From positions 128,001 through 192,000 of the forward strand of contig CAWHCF010000008.1 in assembly GCA_963827655.1 (NCBI GenBank): DNA of 64,000 nucleotides, given 5' to 3'. The position numbers and the translations under genes were made by a program. Below the pieces are notes generated by a model, which was not told the DNA's origin, did not search any database, and saw only the letters and a list, made by a program, of their open reading frames with translations. The DNA is from an uncultured Acidobacteriota bacterium (GTDB lineage Bacteria; Acidobacteriota; UBA6911). Positions 50,735-64,000 of the stretch are shown one piece after another. The first letter of the stretch is position 1. The number at the start of each line of letters is the position of its first letter.

Positions 50735-51028
50735 TCAGGGTTCGTAATCGACCACTATCACGCTTTCAAGAATGGGACGGACGTGCTGCGCCACTACACG
50801 CTGATGTTCAGGGTGGGCAATATAGGTCTCCAAGTCCTTTGGTGATCGGACTCTTACCAGAAGACCGTGCGTGAATCCCTGGTTCCGGACGCTCGTATTC
50901 GCCCCGCAGGTGAGTTCCTGTATTTCAGGTATGAGCCCCTTCAGTTTTTTTAGCTCCTGAATCATGGTAGCCGCATCCGCGGGCGTTGCTTCAGCTTTGA
51001 CCTTGAATAAAACCATGTGCTCGATCAC
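50735..51028 (-). CDS. Dabb family (stress-responsive A/B barrel) protein
   Basis: HMVLFK, GFTHG, Y..HPEH, VVDY. Confidence 0.88.
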   Translation of the reverse strand: MIEHMVLFKVKAEATPADAATMIQELKKLKGLIPEIQELTCGANTSVRNQGFTHGLLVRVRSPKDLETYIAHPEHQRVVAQHVRPILESVIVVDYEP

Positions 51029-51206
51029 AAATCACGCTCCATTTTGGAGCGAACATGATAGCGCTGTTATGTGTGTGAAAGCATCTGTTTTTGCCTGCAT
51101 GGGGTTTCTTTGCTGCAAACCGGTGACCGATTTGCTAACCTCCGCTCATTCTGCATCGAAGGACGTTAGCATGAGCGGAGTTCTGCGCTCATCGGAGAGG
51201 AAGGTT

Positions 51207-54200
51207 ATGAAGAATGGGTTGAAGTGCGCAAGTCTGTCTTGTCTGCTTTCGGCATTTTTGTCGCTGGCCGGACCCCCGCCCGGTTGGGCGCAGTCCACTT
51301 ATGGTGAAATCCGTGGGACTGTACAGGACGCGAGTGGTGGCATCCTGATCGGGGCCACGGTCACGGCGACGAACAAGGGGACCGGCGAGGTGCGTACGGC
51401 CCTTACCGACGAGGCAGGCAACTACTCGCTGGTCAATCTGCCAGCCGGAACGTACGAGGTCGCCATCGAGAACGGTGGATTTCGAAAGTTCGTAACTCAA
51501 AACGTGGTGGTGCGCGCGCGAGAAGTGATTCGGGTAGACGCGCGGCTTGAGGTCGGCGGGGCAGCGACCGAGGTCCTGGTGACGGAAGCGCGTCAGGTTA
51601 TCACGACCGACGCGCCGACGCTCGTTGATAGCAAGTCGGCGGAACAGCTCCTGGCTCTGCCGGTAAACTTCAGGGCCGGCACAACCAACACGGTCTTCGC
51701 GACGATCGCGCTCGCGCCGGGAGTGCAGCCAAGCCCGGGGGGATCGGAGATGTCGCTGGGCGGCAGCCTGCCATTCATGGCCACTTCCTCGATCGACGGC
51801 ATCTCGAGCAACAACATGCGAAGCAACGGGATCATCACGGAGATGTTCCCGTCAGCCGACGCGATTGATGAGATCAAGGTTTCGACGACCAGCAACAATG
51901 CCGAGTTCGCGCAGGCGGGCGACGTCACCACGACCTCCAAGAGCGGGACCAACAACCTGCACGGTGCGGTCTACTGGTACCACCAGAACGGCGCCCTGGA
52001 CGCCAAGGACTACTTCTCGACGCGCACCTCGGCGCCGTTCAAGATCTCAAACGACTTCGGCTTTGCCGTCGGCGGCCCGATCATCAGGAACAAAACCTTC
52101 TTCTTCGGCGATTTCGAAGGGCTGCGCTACCGTGCCCAGAGCCAGCTCGATATCACCGTGCCGCCCGACTCCTGGCGCACCGGCGACCTTTCGAGCCTGG
52201 GCGGCACGATCCGTGACCCGCTCACCGGCCAGCCCTTCGCCGGCAACATCATTCCGTCGAACCGGATCAGCTCGGTGTCGACCAACATTCTCGAGCAGCT
52301 TTACCCACGCCAGAACGTGCCCGGGAACTCGATCGCCTCCCCGAACCACCGGCTTCAGAAGCCAGGAGGGAATGAGAACAACGGCTTCGACATCCGGGGA
52401 GACCACGTCTTCAACACCAAGCAGACCATCTTCGCGCGCTATACCTTCAAAAACGTCACCACCACGAGCCCGATCGGACTCGTGACCCTCGGAGACGCGC
52501 GCGAGGCAACGAAGATCCGGGCGCTGACGGTCGCATACAACTACATCCTGCGCCAGAACCTGATCAACGAGTTCCGTTCCGGGTTCTCGAGCCGCCCGCG
52601 CCTGGTCGACTTCGGCCCGGACGGGCAGCCGTTCGACGGCCCCGCGCTTGTCAAGGAGCTCGGCATTCAGGGGTTACGCCCCGACCTGCCGCAAGTCGCG
52701 AGCGTCCCGGATTTCGGCATCACGGGCATCTCAGGCACCGGACGCAGCCGGGGCTTCGGCCAGCTCAGCCGGAATATCCAGTTCGCCGACAACCTGACCT
52801 GGATCAAGGGGCGCCACACCTTCAAGTTCGGTGCCGATATCCGGCGCGTCCGGTATACGGATAATGTCTCGTTCTTCTCGGGGGACGACTTGGGGGAGTA
52901 TAGATTCGACGGCCGCTTCTCGGGCCAGCCCTTCGCTGACTTCCTGCTCGGCTACCCGAACCGGACGCGGCTGGCCAACACCGGGCCGGACGTCAATCCC
53001 TCTACCTACCATCATGGATACTTCGTGCAGGACGACTGGAAGCTCGGCTCAAGCTTTACGCTGAGCTACGGCGTGCGCTACGAGTACCATCCAGCCTTCT
53101 GGGACGAGAGTCTTCAGATTGCCAACTTCGATCGCGACTTTCCGGGCGGGCGCGTCATCGTTCCCAACCAGGAATCCCTGGCCCTGACCGCCCCGGGCTT
53201 CCTCGCTTCGATCGGTAGTAGCCCGATCGTTACCGCCGAAGAGGCGGGTTGGCCCAAGACGCTGCGCTGGTCAGACAAAAACAACTTCTCTCCCAGGTTC
53301 GGCTTCGCCTGGCGCCCCTTTGCCGATAACAGAACCGTGGTGAGGGGCGGTTATGGCACCTACACGGTGACGATTGTTGGAGCCGTTTCTTACTCGCTGG
53401 TCGGGATCCACACCTCCGACACGCGCACGTTTGACAACACCCTCGTCGATGGCCGGCCCCAACTGGCCTTCCCGAATCCGTTCCTGTCGGGGCTGGGAAC
53501 GATCGGATCGATCGGGACTCAGGATTTCCGCCGCGGCAACGACCCGCGCGGCCCCGACCCGTACGCGCAACAGTGGAATCTGACCGTGGAACGCGACCTG
53601 GGCTGGAACACCGGGCTGCGTGTCACCTACACCGGGTCGCACACGATCCGGCTGTTCTCGAGCCCCGACCTGAACCAGATCGGGCCGAACACTGTGGGCT
53701 ACGCGACGGCGCGGGCGCTGAAGCCCTTTCCGAACTGGAACATCGTCTACAGCCGCGACCCGATCGGCTCGGCCAAGTATCACTCGCTGCAGATCGAGGG
53801 GCAGAAGCGTTTCTCGCAGGGTCTCTACTTTCAGTCCTCGTGGGTTTGGTCCAAGAACCTGACCGACACGGGCGGCTCGTCTAGCAGCGCATTTGCTGGA
53901 GAGGCCGGAAACGTTCCCACGAACAGGTTCGATCTTGCCATGGACTACGCGGAGGTGTCACCCGCCCGGCGTCATCGATGGCTCACGACTTTTGTTTACG
54001 AGCTGCCGTTCGGATTCGCGAGCGCCGACACGACAGCCCGGCGCGTCGCGAACGGGGTCGTGAAGGGTTGGCAGTTCTCGGGAATCCTGCTGCTGCAGAC
54101 CGGTCAGTTCCTGAGCCCCGTCACTTCCGGCGCGACTGATCCGAGCGGGACGAACGTCAGCTCTCGCGCGAGCGACCGGCCCGACTGGGCCCCCGGATAC

Positions 54201-54549
54201 ACGGGCGACGGCAACCTGTCGAGCGGCCGGAGCATTGCTGCCTGGTTCGACCGCGCATGCATTCGTGGTCCCTCCTGCGCTCGCGGGCCGCTTCGGCTAC
54301 GTCGGGCCGGGCCTTCTCGTGGGCCCGGGAACACAGGTTTTCTCGGCCAAGCTGCAGAAGAGGTTTCAGCTATACGAGCAGACGTATTTCCAGATCGAGG
54401 GCTCGGCGGCGAACCTCTTCAATCACCCAAACTTCGGCAATCCGGCGACCAACATCTCGGCGACGAATTTCGGACGCATCACCTCGACCCAGACGGTCGA
54501 AGGGGCCGGAGCGCGTCAGCTCCAGGTCGGCTTGAGGATTGTCTTCTAG
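51207..54549 (+). CDS. TonB-dependent receptor, acidobacterial carboxypeptidase-regulatory/Oar type (frameshift near 54258)
   Basis: GTVQDASG N-terminal domain, KSGTN.LHG, NNFSPRFGFAWRP; the C-terminus NLFNHPNF..RQLQVGLRIVF is in the next frame. Confidence 0.92.
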
Positions 54550-54622
54550 CGGCTTGTTGGCAGGAATCGGCCACCAGTAACCGGCTCACGTGACTGTCAC
54601 CGATCTTTGCCGCTCGTCCTTT

Positions 54623-56101
54623 TCAGGCGAGGTCCCGCTTGGCTTCGGCGGCCTGGATCAGAGTCTCGCTGGCCAGTTTGGGGCCACGGTATCGATGGCG
54701 TTCCGAGGCCCAGAACCATAGGCCGAGGCCCGCGGTCATGCCGGCGATAGTTTTTCCCGATAACTCATTGGGCGGCATCACGAGAATGGCGCAAATGAAG
54801 ATGGTCCACGCGATCGCGACCGCGTTGATCCAGTGAGAGTGCACTCCCAGATGCCAACCCGAAAAGGCCTGCCAGAGTGCGCTCCCGCGCTTCAGGAACT
54901 TCAGCATCACCGGAATTCCGTAAGAGAAGTAGAGCGCAATCGTGCTGATCGACGTGACGACCGAGTAGGCGCCGCTCCAGACCAGGGCCAGGAATGCGGT
55001 AGCAATCGAAAGCCAGATCGCTGGCGCCGGTGTGAGGTGTTTGGGACTGACGCGCTGCCAGAGCGCCGAAATGGGCAATCCCGCGTCGCGCGCGAACGCG
55101 TAGATCATCCGTGAGTTCGACGTTACAGCCGAGAGGCCGCAGAACCACATTGCCGCCGCGGTTAGCGCTGACATCAAGCTTCCCGCCAGGTTTCCCAGGC
55201 TCTGCTGCAGGATTGCGACCACGGCCGGAATGTGATTTCCCTGCGCATCGGTGGAATTCAGAACCGCTGGAACACTGGGAATTGAGAGCGTGAGCGCGAA
55301 TAGCAGGAAGTAGCCTGCGACTGCGGAGACGACCACGGACATCACCATCCCCCATGGCACACTGCGTCGCGGGTCTACGGTTTCTTCCGAGACGTGCGCT
55401 GAAGCCTCGTATCCGGTGAAGGTCCATTGCGCCTGAAGCAGTCCAAGGATGAATGCCCACCAGTATGGCTTACCGCTTTCGGTAGAGGTCTGGACGAAAA
55501 ACGACAGGGGCTGCTTGGGCGCGAACAGCAGGAGCGCGGCAACGATAGCCAGTACTCCTGCAATGTGAACTCCAACGCTGAGATCGTTAAGCCAGGCCAC
55601 AAGTCGAATGCCGAAGTGATTGATCAGCCCGTGCGAGATCAGGATAACCGCATAGACCGCAAGGATGCTTCGCGTACTGGACGGGAGACCTAACAGTGGA
55701 GTCAGGAATTGAGCACATCCGTAATCAATTCCTGCAATGGCCGAGGTGAGACCGATAATGTTGAACCAGGCGGTAAACCAACCCCATGAGCGCCCTCCAA
55801 GAATGGCAGCCCAATGATAATTCCCGCCCGAGGTCGGATATGCAGCGGCCAGTTCACCCATGCTGAGCGCCACCATCAGAGTGAACATGAAAACGAGAGG
55901 CCACCCGAATGCCATTTCCGCCGGTCCGCCCATCGCCAAACCGTAGTCAAAGAGCGTGACCGCGCCGGTCAGGATCGAAATGATAGAAAAGGAAATGGCG
56001 AAGTTCGAGAAGCCGCCCATCGTGCGGAAAAGCTCTTGAGCGTATCCGAGACTCCTGAGATCAGCGACGTCTTGCTCCGATTGTGAGGGTCGATCTATCA
56101 T
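54623..56101 (-). CDS. APC family amino acid/amine permease
   Basis: LGYAQELFR, SNFAISFSIIS, PTSGG.YHW, TGYEASAHVSEET, SRMIYAFARD. Confidence 0.92.
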   Translation of the reverse strand: MIDRPSQSEQDVADLRSLGYAQELFRTMGGFSNFAISFSIISILTGAVTLFDYGLAMGGPAEMAFGWPLVFMFTLMVALSMGELAAAYPTSGGNYHWAAILGGRSWGWFTAWFNIIGLTSAIAGIDYGCAQFLTPLLGLPSSTRSILAVYAVILISHGLINHFGIRLVAWLNDLSVGVHIAGVLAIVAALLLFAPKQPLSFFVQTSTESGKPYWWAFILGLLQAQWTFTGYEASAHVSEETVDPRRSVPWGMVMSVVVSAVAGYFLLFALTLSIPSVPAVLNSTDAQGNHIPAVVAILQQSLGNLAGSLMSALTAAAMWFCGLSAVTSNSRMIYAFARDAGLPISALWQRVSPKHLTPAPAIWLSIATAFLALVWSGAYSVVTSISTIALYFSYGIPVMLKFLKRGSALWQAFSGWHLGVHSHWINAVAIAWTIFICAILVMPPNELSGKTIAGMTAGLGLWFWASERHRYRGPKLASETLIQAAEAKRDLA

Positions 56102-56181
56102 GCGCCTGATTATCTGATTCTCGTGGGTTGATCCTGCTGTGCAGCTATTCATCACAAAGGACGAGCGAGAGGGACTGCGCG

Positions 56182-57546
56182 TTAGATGATCTCGAAGTAT
56201 CGTTCGAGCTCCCAGTCGGTAACTGCGGCCAGAGATTGTCTTGCCTCCCACTCGCGGGTGGCTACATAATGGGCGACAAATTCCTCGCCCAGGATTTCCC
56301 GCAAACGCACACTGTCTTTTAACTTCGTTGTTGCCTCGATCAGGGAGCGAGGGAGTGGGCGGGCCACAGCATCGGGCTCTGTGTAAGCATTCTGTTTGCA
56401 GGGTCCTGAAGGGACGAGTTTCTTTTGGATGCCGTAAAGGCCGGATGCCAGACTGGCGGCCATCGCGATGTAGGGGTTAAGGTCGGCGCCGGCCAACCGA
56501 TATTCGACCCGGGTTGATTTTGGTGATGGGCCTGCGATGGCGCGCAAGGCAGTGGTCCGGTTCTCTAATCCCCAGCTCACATTTGTGGGCGCCCAGGTAT
56601 TAGGGACAAGTCGCTTGTAAGAATTCACGGTAGGACAAATCAACGCCGTGATTTCTGGCATCAGCTCGAGCTGGCCGGCCATATAGTTCTTCATCAAGGA
56701 AGACATCCCGTCAGGGTTTCGGGCATCGGAAAAGAGATTCTTTCTCAACTTCGGATCCCAGAGGCTCTGGTGAAGGTGTCCACCGCAGCCCGGAAGATGC
56801 TGGTTCCACTTAGCCATGAACGTGGCAATCAGTCCCTGCCGGGAAACGAACTGCTTCACGGCATTCTTGAAAAGCGCGGATTTATCGGCCGCCGCGAGCG
56901 CGGTGTCGTAGCGAATCGCGGCCTCGTATACGCCCGGCCCTGTTTCAGTGTGAAATCCTTCGAGCGGGATTCCAAAGTCACGAAGGCTGTCCATGAGTGA
57001 ATTGGCGAGTTCGGCGTGAGTACCGGTGCGGCTGACACTGTAGCCGAACATGCCGGGAGAGAGAGGAATCATGTTCTTGTATTCCTTAGCCCTCACCGAG
57101 TGAGAGTCTTCCTTGAAGATAAAGAACTCGTATTCGGTAGACATCATCGGTTCGAACCCCATCGCTCGCGCCCGGCCGACGATCTTCTTCAGGAGTTGGC
57201 GGGGTGATACTTCGAGAGGCTGGTTTTGGATTGAGGCGAAGTCGAGGAGGAAAAAAGCGACCCCGGGTTCCCAGGGAATTAGTCGGAAAGTATCGAGATC
57301 GATGCGAGCGAGGGCGTCCGGGTAACCGGTGTGCCAGCCGGTGAGCTGGACGTTGTCGTAAAGTACATCATTCGAATCCCATCCGAAAACAACGTCACAA
57401 AACCCCAGGCCTGATTCCACAGCCGGCCAGAATTTTTCCAGAGCAATGTACTTTCCGCGCAGTACGCCGTCGACGTCGAACCCTCCGATCTTGACCTTGT
57501 TGATTCGGTGTTTCGCAAAAGCCTTGCGAAGGTCCCCTTGATTCAT
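56182..57546 (-). CDS. Glutamine synthetase family protein (gamma-glutamylamide/polyamine ligase-like)
   Basis: GVLRGK, EYEFF, ETGPGVYE, HLHQSLW, NRT.ALR, EYR; resembles PuuA/GlnA4-like rather than GSI. Confidence 0.9.
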   Translation of the reverse strand: MNQGDLRKAFAKHRINKVKIGGFDVDGVLRGKYIALEKFWPAVESGLGFCDVVFGWDSNDVLYDNVQLTGWHTGYPDALARIDLDTFRLIPWEPGVAFFLLDFASIQNQPLEVSPRQLLKKIVGRARAMGFEPMMSTEYEFFIFKEDSHSVRAKEYKNMIPLSPGMFGYSVSRTGTHAELANSLMDSLRDFGIPLEGFHTETGPGVYEAAIRYDTALAAADKSALFKNAVKQFVSRQGLIATFMAKWNQHLPGCGGHLHQSLWDPKLRKNLFSDARNPDGMSSLMKNYMAGQLELMPEITALICPTVNSYKRLVPNTWAPTNVSWGLENRTTALRAIAGPSPKSTRVEYRLAGADLNPYIAMAASLASGLYGIQKKLVPSGPCKQNAYTEPDAVARPLPRSLIEATTKLKDSVRLREILGEEFVAHYVATREWEARQSLAAVTDWELERYFEII

Positions 57547-57753
57547 TGTTTTCCCTCGTAGCTCTACTTATTGACGCTAAAGTTTTGACTTGCCAATTGC
57601 TCGCTTGGGGCAGCGCAGTCTGGCTTGGAAAACCGTTGTGAAAGGGCAGCTTACAGTGGACTTGTGGCGACGGTCAAGAGGCCTGGAGCGAAGGTTTCCA
57701 TGCATGTTTCTTGACGTTTTCGCGTCTCGGTGGTTAATTTTTTGCGAAAAGAC

Positions 57754-57855
57754 TTGCCAAGAGACCTACCGAGAGCTATTATTCGCTCCCTTGTCGGCGT
57801 ACCGATAAAAGCCTGATTCGGTGTATTGACAAAGCAGTCACCGAGTACTTAGGAT
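57754..57855 (+). promoter_or_regulatory. Tandem sigma70 rrn promoters
   Basis: TTGCCA-17-TATTAT (57754) and TTGACA-18-TAGGAT (57826), followed by boxA-like GATCTTTGAAAA. Confidence 0.7.
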
Positions 57856-57969
57856 TATCGGTTGCCTGATCTTTGAAAACTAGATAGAGCGTGCCAAGAA
57901 TCATTCCTTAAGAAAATCCGAAAACCAGTGAAAAAACCCTAAATCTAAGGATTTAGGGCCTCTTCGATC

Positions 57970-59517
<1,548 letters not shown>

Positions 59518-59728
59518 TTGGGTTCCGCGGTACCCGAAAGGGGAAAGTGGAATCCGAGGTGATTCTGGCGCGCCTATCTAGTTTCCAGGGATTCAGGCAT
59601 CCGCAGCCCAATCACTGCGGTTTGTTCCTGGTTGAGGGAAACCCACCAGGATAGATCTGGGGAGCTTGGGCCCCGCGAAGGATGAGAAGCGGTGAAGGCC
59701 GAGGAGGCGCGGAAAGGCGACTTCGGAT

Positions 59729-59805
59729 GGGCCTATAGCTCAGTTGGCTAGAGCGCACCCCTGATAAGGGTGAGGTCGGTAGTTCAACTCTACCTAGGCC
59801 CACCA
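59729..59805 (+). tRNA. tRNA-Ile(GAT)
   Basis: Cloverleaf with anticodon loop CTGATAA and encoded CCA. Confidence 0.98.
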
Positions 59806-59850
59806 TAAACCCAAGCTGGAAGAGCCGGGCGGGAAGGCAGAATCAGCGAC

Positions 59851-59926
59851 GGGGGTATAGCTCAGCTGGAAGAGCACCTGCTTTGCAAGCAGGGGGTCAG
59901 CGGTTCGAATCCGCTTACCTCCACCA
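59851..59926 (+). tRNA. tRNA-Ala(TGC)
   Basis: Cloverleaf with anticodon loop TTTGCAA and encoded CCA. Confidence 0.98.
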
Positions 59927-60092
59927 TTGTTGGATGTACTCGAAATCAAGGGCTCACGACGCTGAGTTCTTGATTTCCGGTATGATCCGGAAACGATCTT
60001 TGACAATCAGGCAAAAGAGACGGGTAAAAAGAGGCCGTAAGATTGAATTTTCCGGTAATCCCTACAGGGATTGCAGGTAGAGTAAATTTTAT

Positions 60093-63122
<3,030 letters not shown>

Positions 63123-63231
63123 AAAATTTACCCTGCTTGGAATCCCGAGCGAGATCAGAGCCTCTGGGCAACCTGCTCTCTTGCCTGATTCGTAAGGCTG
63201 CTGGTTCTCAACCGGATTCTTAGAACGACTT

Positions 63232-63348
<117 letters not shown>

Positions 63349-63358
63349 TTGCTTCAAC

Positions 63359-63394
63359 AAAAAGCCTCAGGGGCAACGCCCCTGAGGCTTTTTA
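63359..63394 (+). terminator. Bidirectional Rho-independent terminator
   Basis: AAAAAGCCTCAGGGGC-AAC-GCCCCTGAGGCTTTTT. Confidence 0.92.
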
Positions 63395-63570
63395 GTTTCT
63401 ACGCGATTCTTTTATCCCCCTCGCCGGTCGCGACCTATCGGAATACGGCTTTCAAACGCATGTCTTCTCAGACCATCGCGTAACTCGGCAATCCGCCTCA
63501 AGTTCGAGTATCGAGGGCGAGATTGAACGGTCCCGAATTGCCGGCAGACGGAAGCGAGTTGATGATTCGG

Positions 63571-64000
63571 CTATCCCGTGGGGCTGACTTGTCTCGTGGG
63601 GTCGATAACCAGCCAGAGCATCGCTCCGACTGCATAAATCCCCGCGGAGATATAGAACGGGATTTCCCAGGAGTTTCCGCCCTGCTCTATCACGACGCCC
63701 ACGACCAGAGGACCCAAAACTCCCCCCAGGTTCCCGAAGGTGTTCATTAAACCCGTAATCACGCCGGCGTAGTTCTTACCCACGTCGACGCAGACTGCCC
63801 AACAGGCGCTGAGGGCAAGATCTGCCGAGGCGAGGGCGATGGCAAGCCAGATGGCCTTTGCGAGCCTGTGGTGCGCCTGGGTCGAAGCAACAAGCATTGC
63901 GGCTGAACCCGAGAAAGCCACGCAGCCCAGCCAGCACCGCGCCACCTTTAACCTGTAGGAGCGAGCGAGCCGATCGGTCAGCCACCCACCCGCCATATCT
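63571..64000 (-). CDS. MFS transporter, ACS family (partial, C-terminus)
   Basis: GGWLTDRL, AGVITGLMNTFGNLGG. Confidence 0.9.
   Translation of the reverse strand, partial: DMAGGWLTDRLARSYRLKVARCWLGCVAFSGSAAMLVASTQAHHRLAKAIWLAIALASADLALSACWAVCVDVGKNYAGVITGLMNTFGNLGGVLGPLVVGVVIEQGGNSWEIPFYISAGIYAVGAMLWLVIDPTRQVSPTG

Noticed and set aside
51114-51135. LacI-like operator (TGCAAACCGGTGACC) upstream of the TonB receptor
   Set aside because: Right half-site is poor and no LacI gene is in the window.

Overview
GC-rich chromosomal window from an Acidobacteriota bacterium: the 16S gene carries the acidobacterial signature GATCCTGGCTCAGAATC, and an Oar-type TonB receptor is present. Content is mostly core genes: a two-component/sigma54 activator next to an ECF sigma factor, mnmA, LPS/lipid genes (lpxB, lpxD, heptose kinase, GT9, plsY, pgpA), an ABC-2 transporter, thpR-cinA, yacG-rimO, MoxR-DUF58-transglutaminase, ruvAB, two GT-C/YfhO-like membrane proteins, purSQLFMN, tyrS, a glutamine synthetase-like gene with a permease, and a complete rrn operon. 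The most notable items are: (i) a homolog of archaeal tetraether synthase (Tes/GDGT-MAS) among lipid genes; (ii) a minimal microcompartment locus (aldolase with encapsulation peptide, 1 hexamer, 3 pentamers, no aldehyde dehydrogenase); (iii) an ApbE-DoxX-Tat oxidoreductase operon; (iv) a sigma54-driven orphan ECF sigma factor; (v) three dispersed families of miniature repeats (7-bp inverted arrays, ~9-bp periodic elements, GGTGACAGGCACC REP-like elements) that sit at gene junctions and sometimes inside coding sequence. About nine single-base indels, including two in plsY, point to consensus errors, so apparent fusions and splits need caution. Family calls come from motif recognition; no database searches were run.
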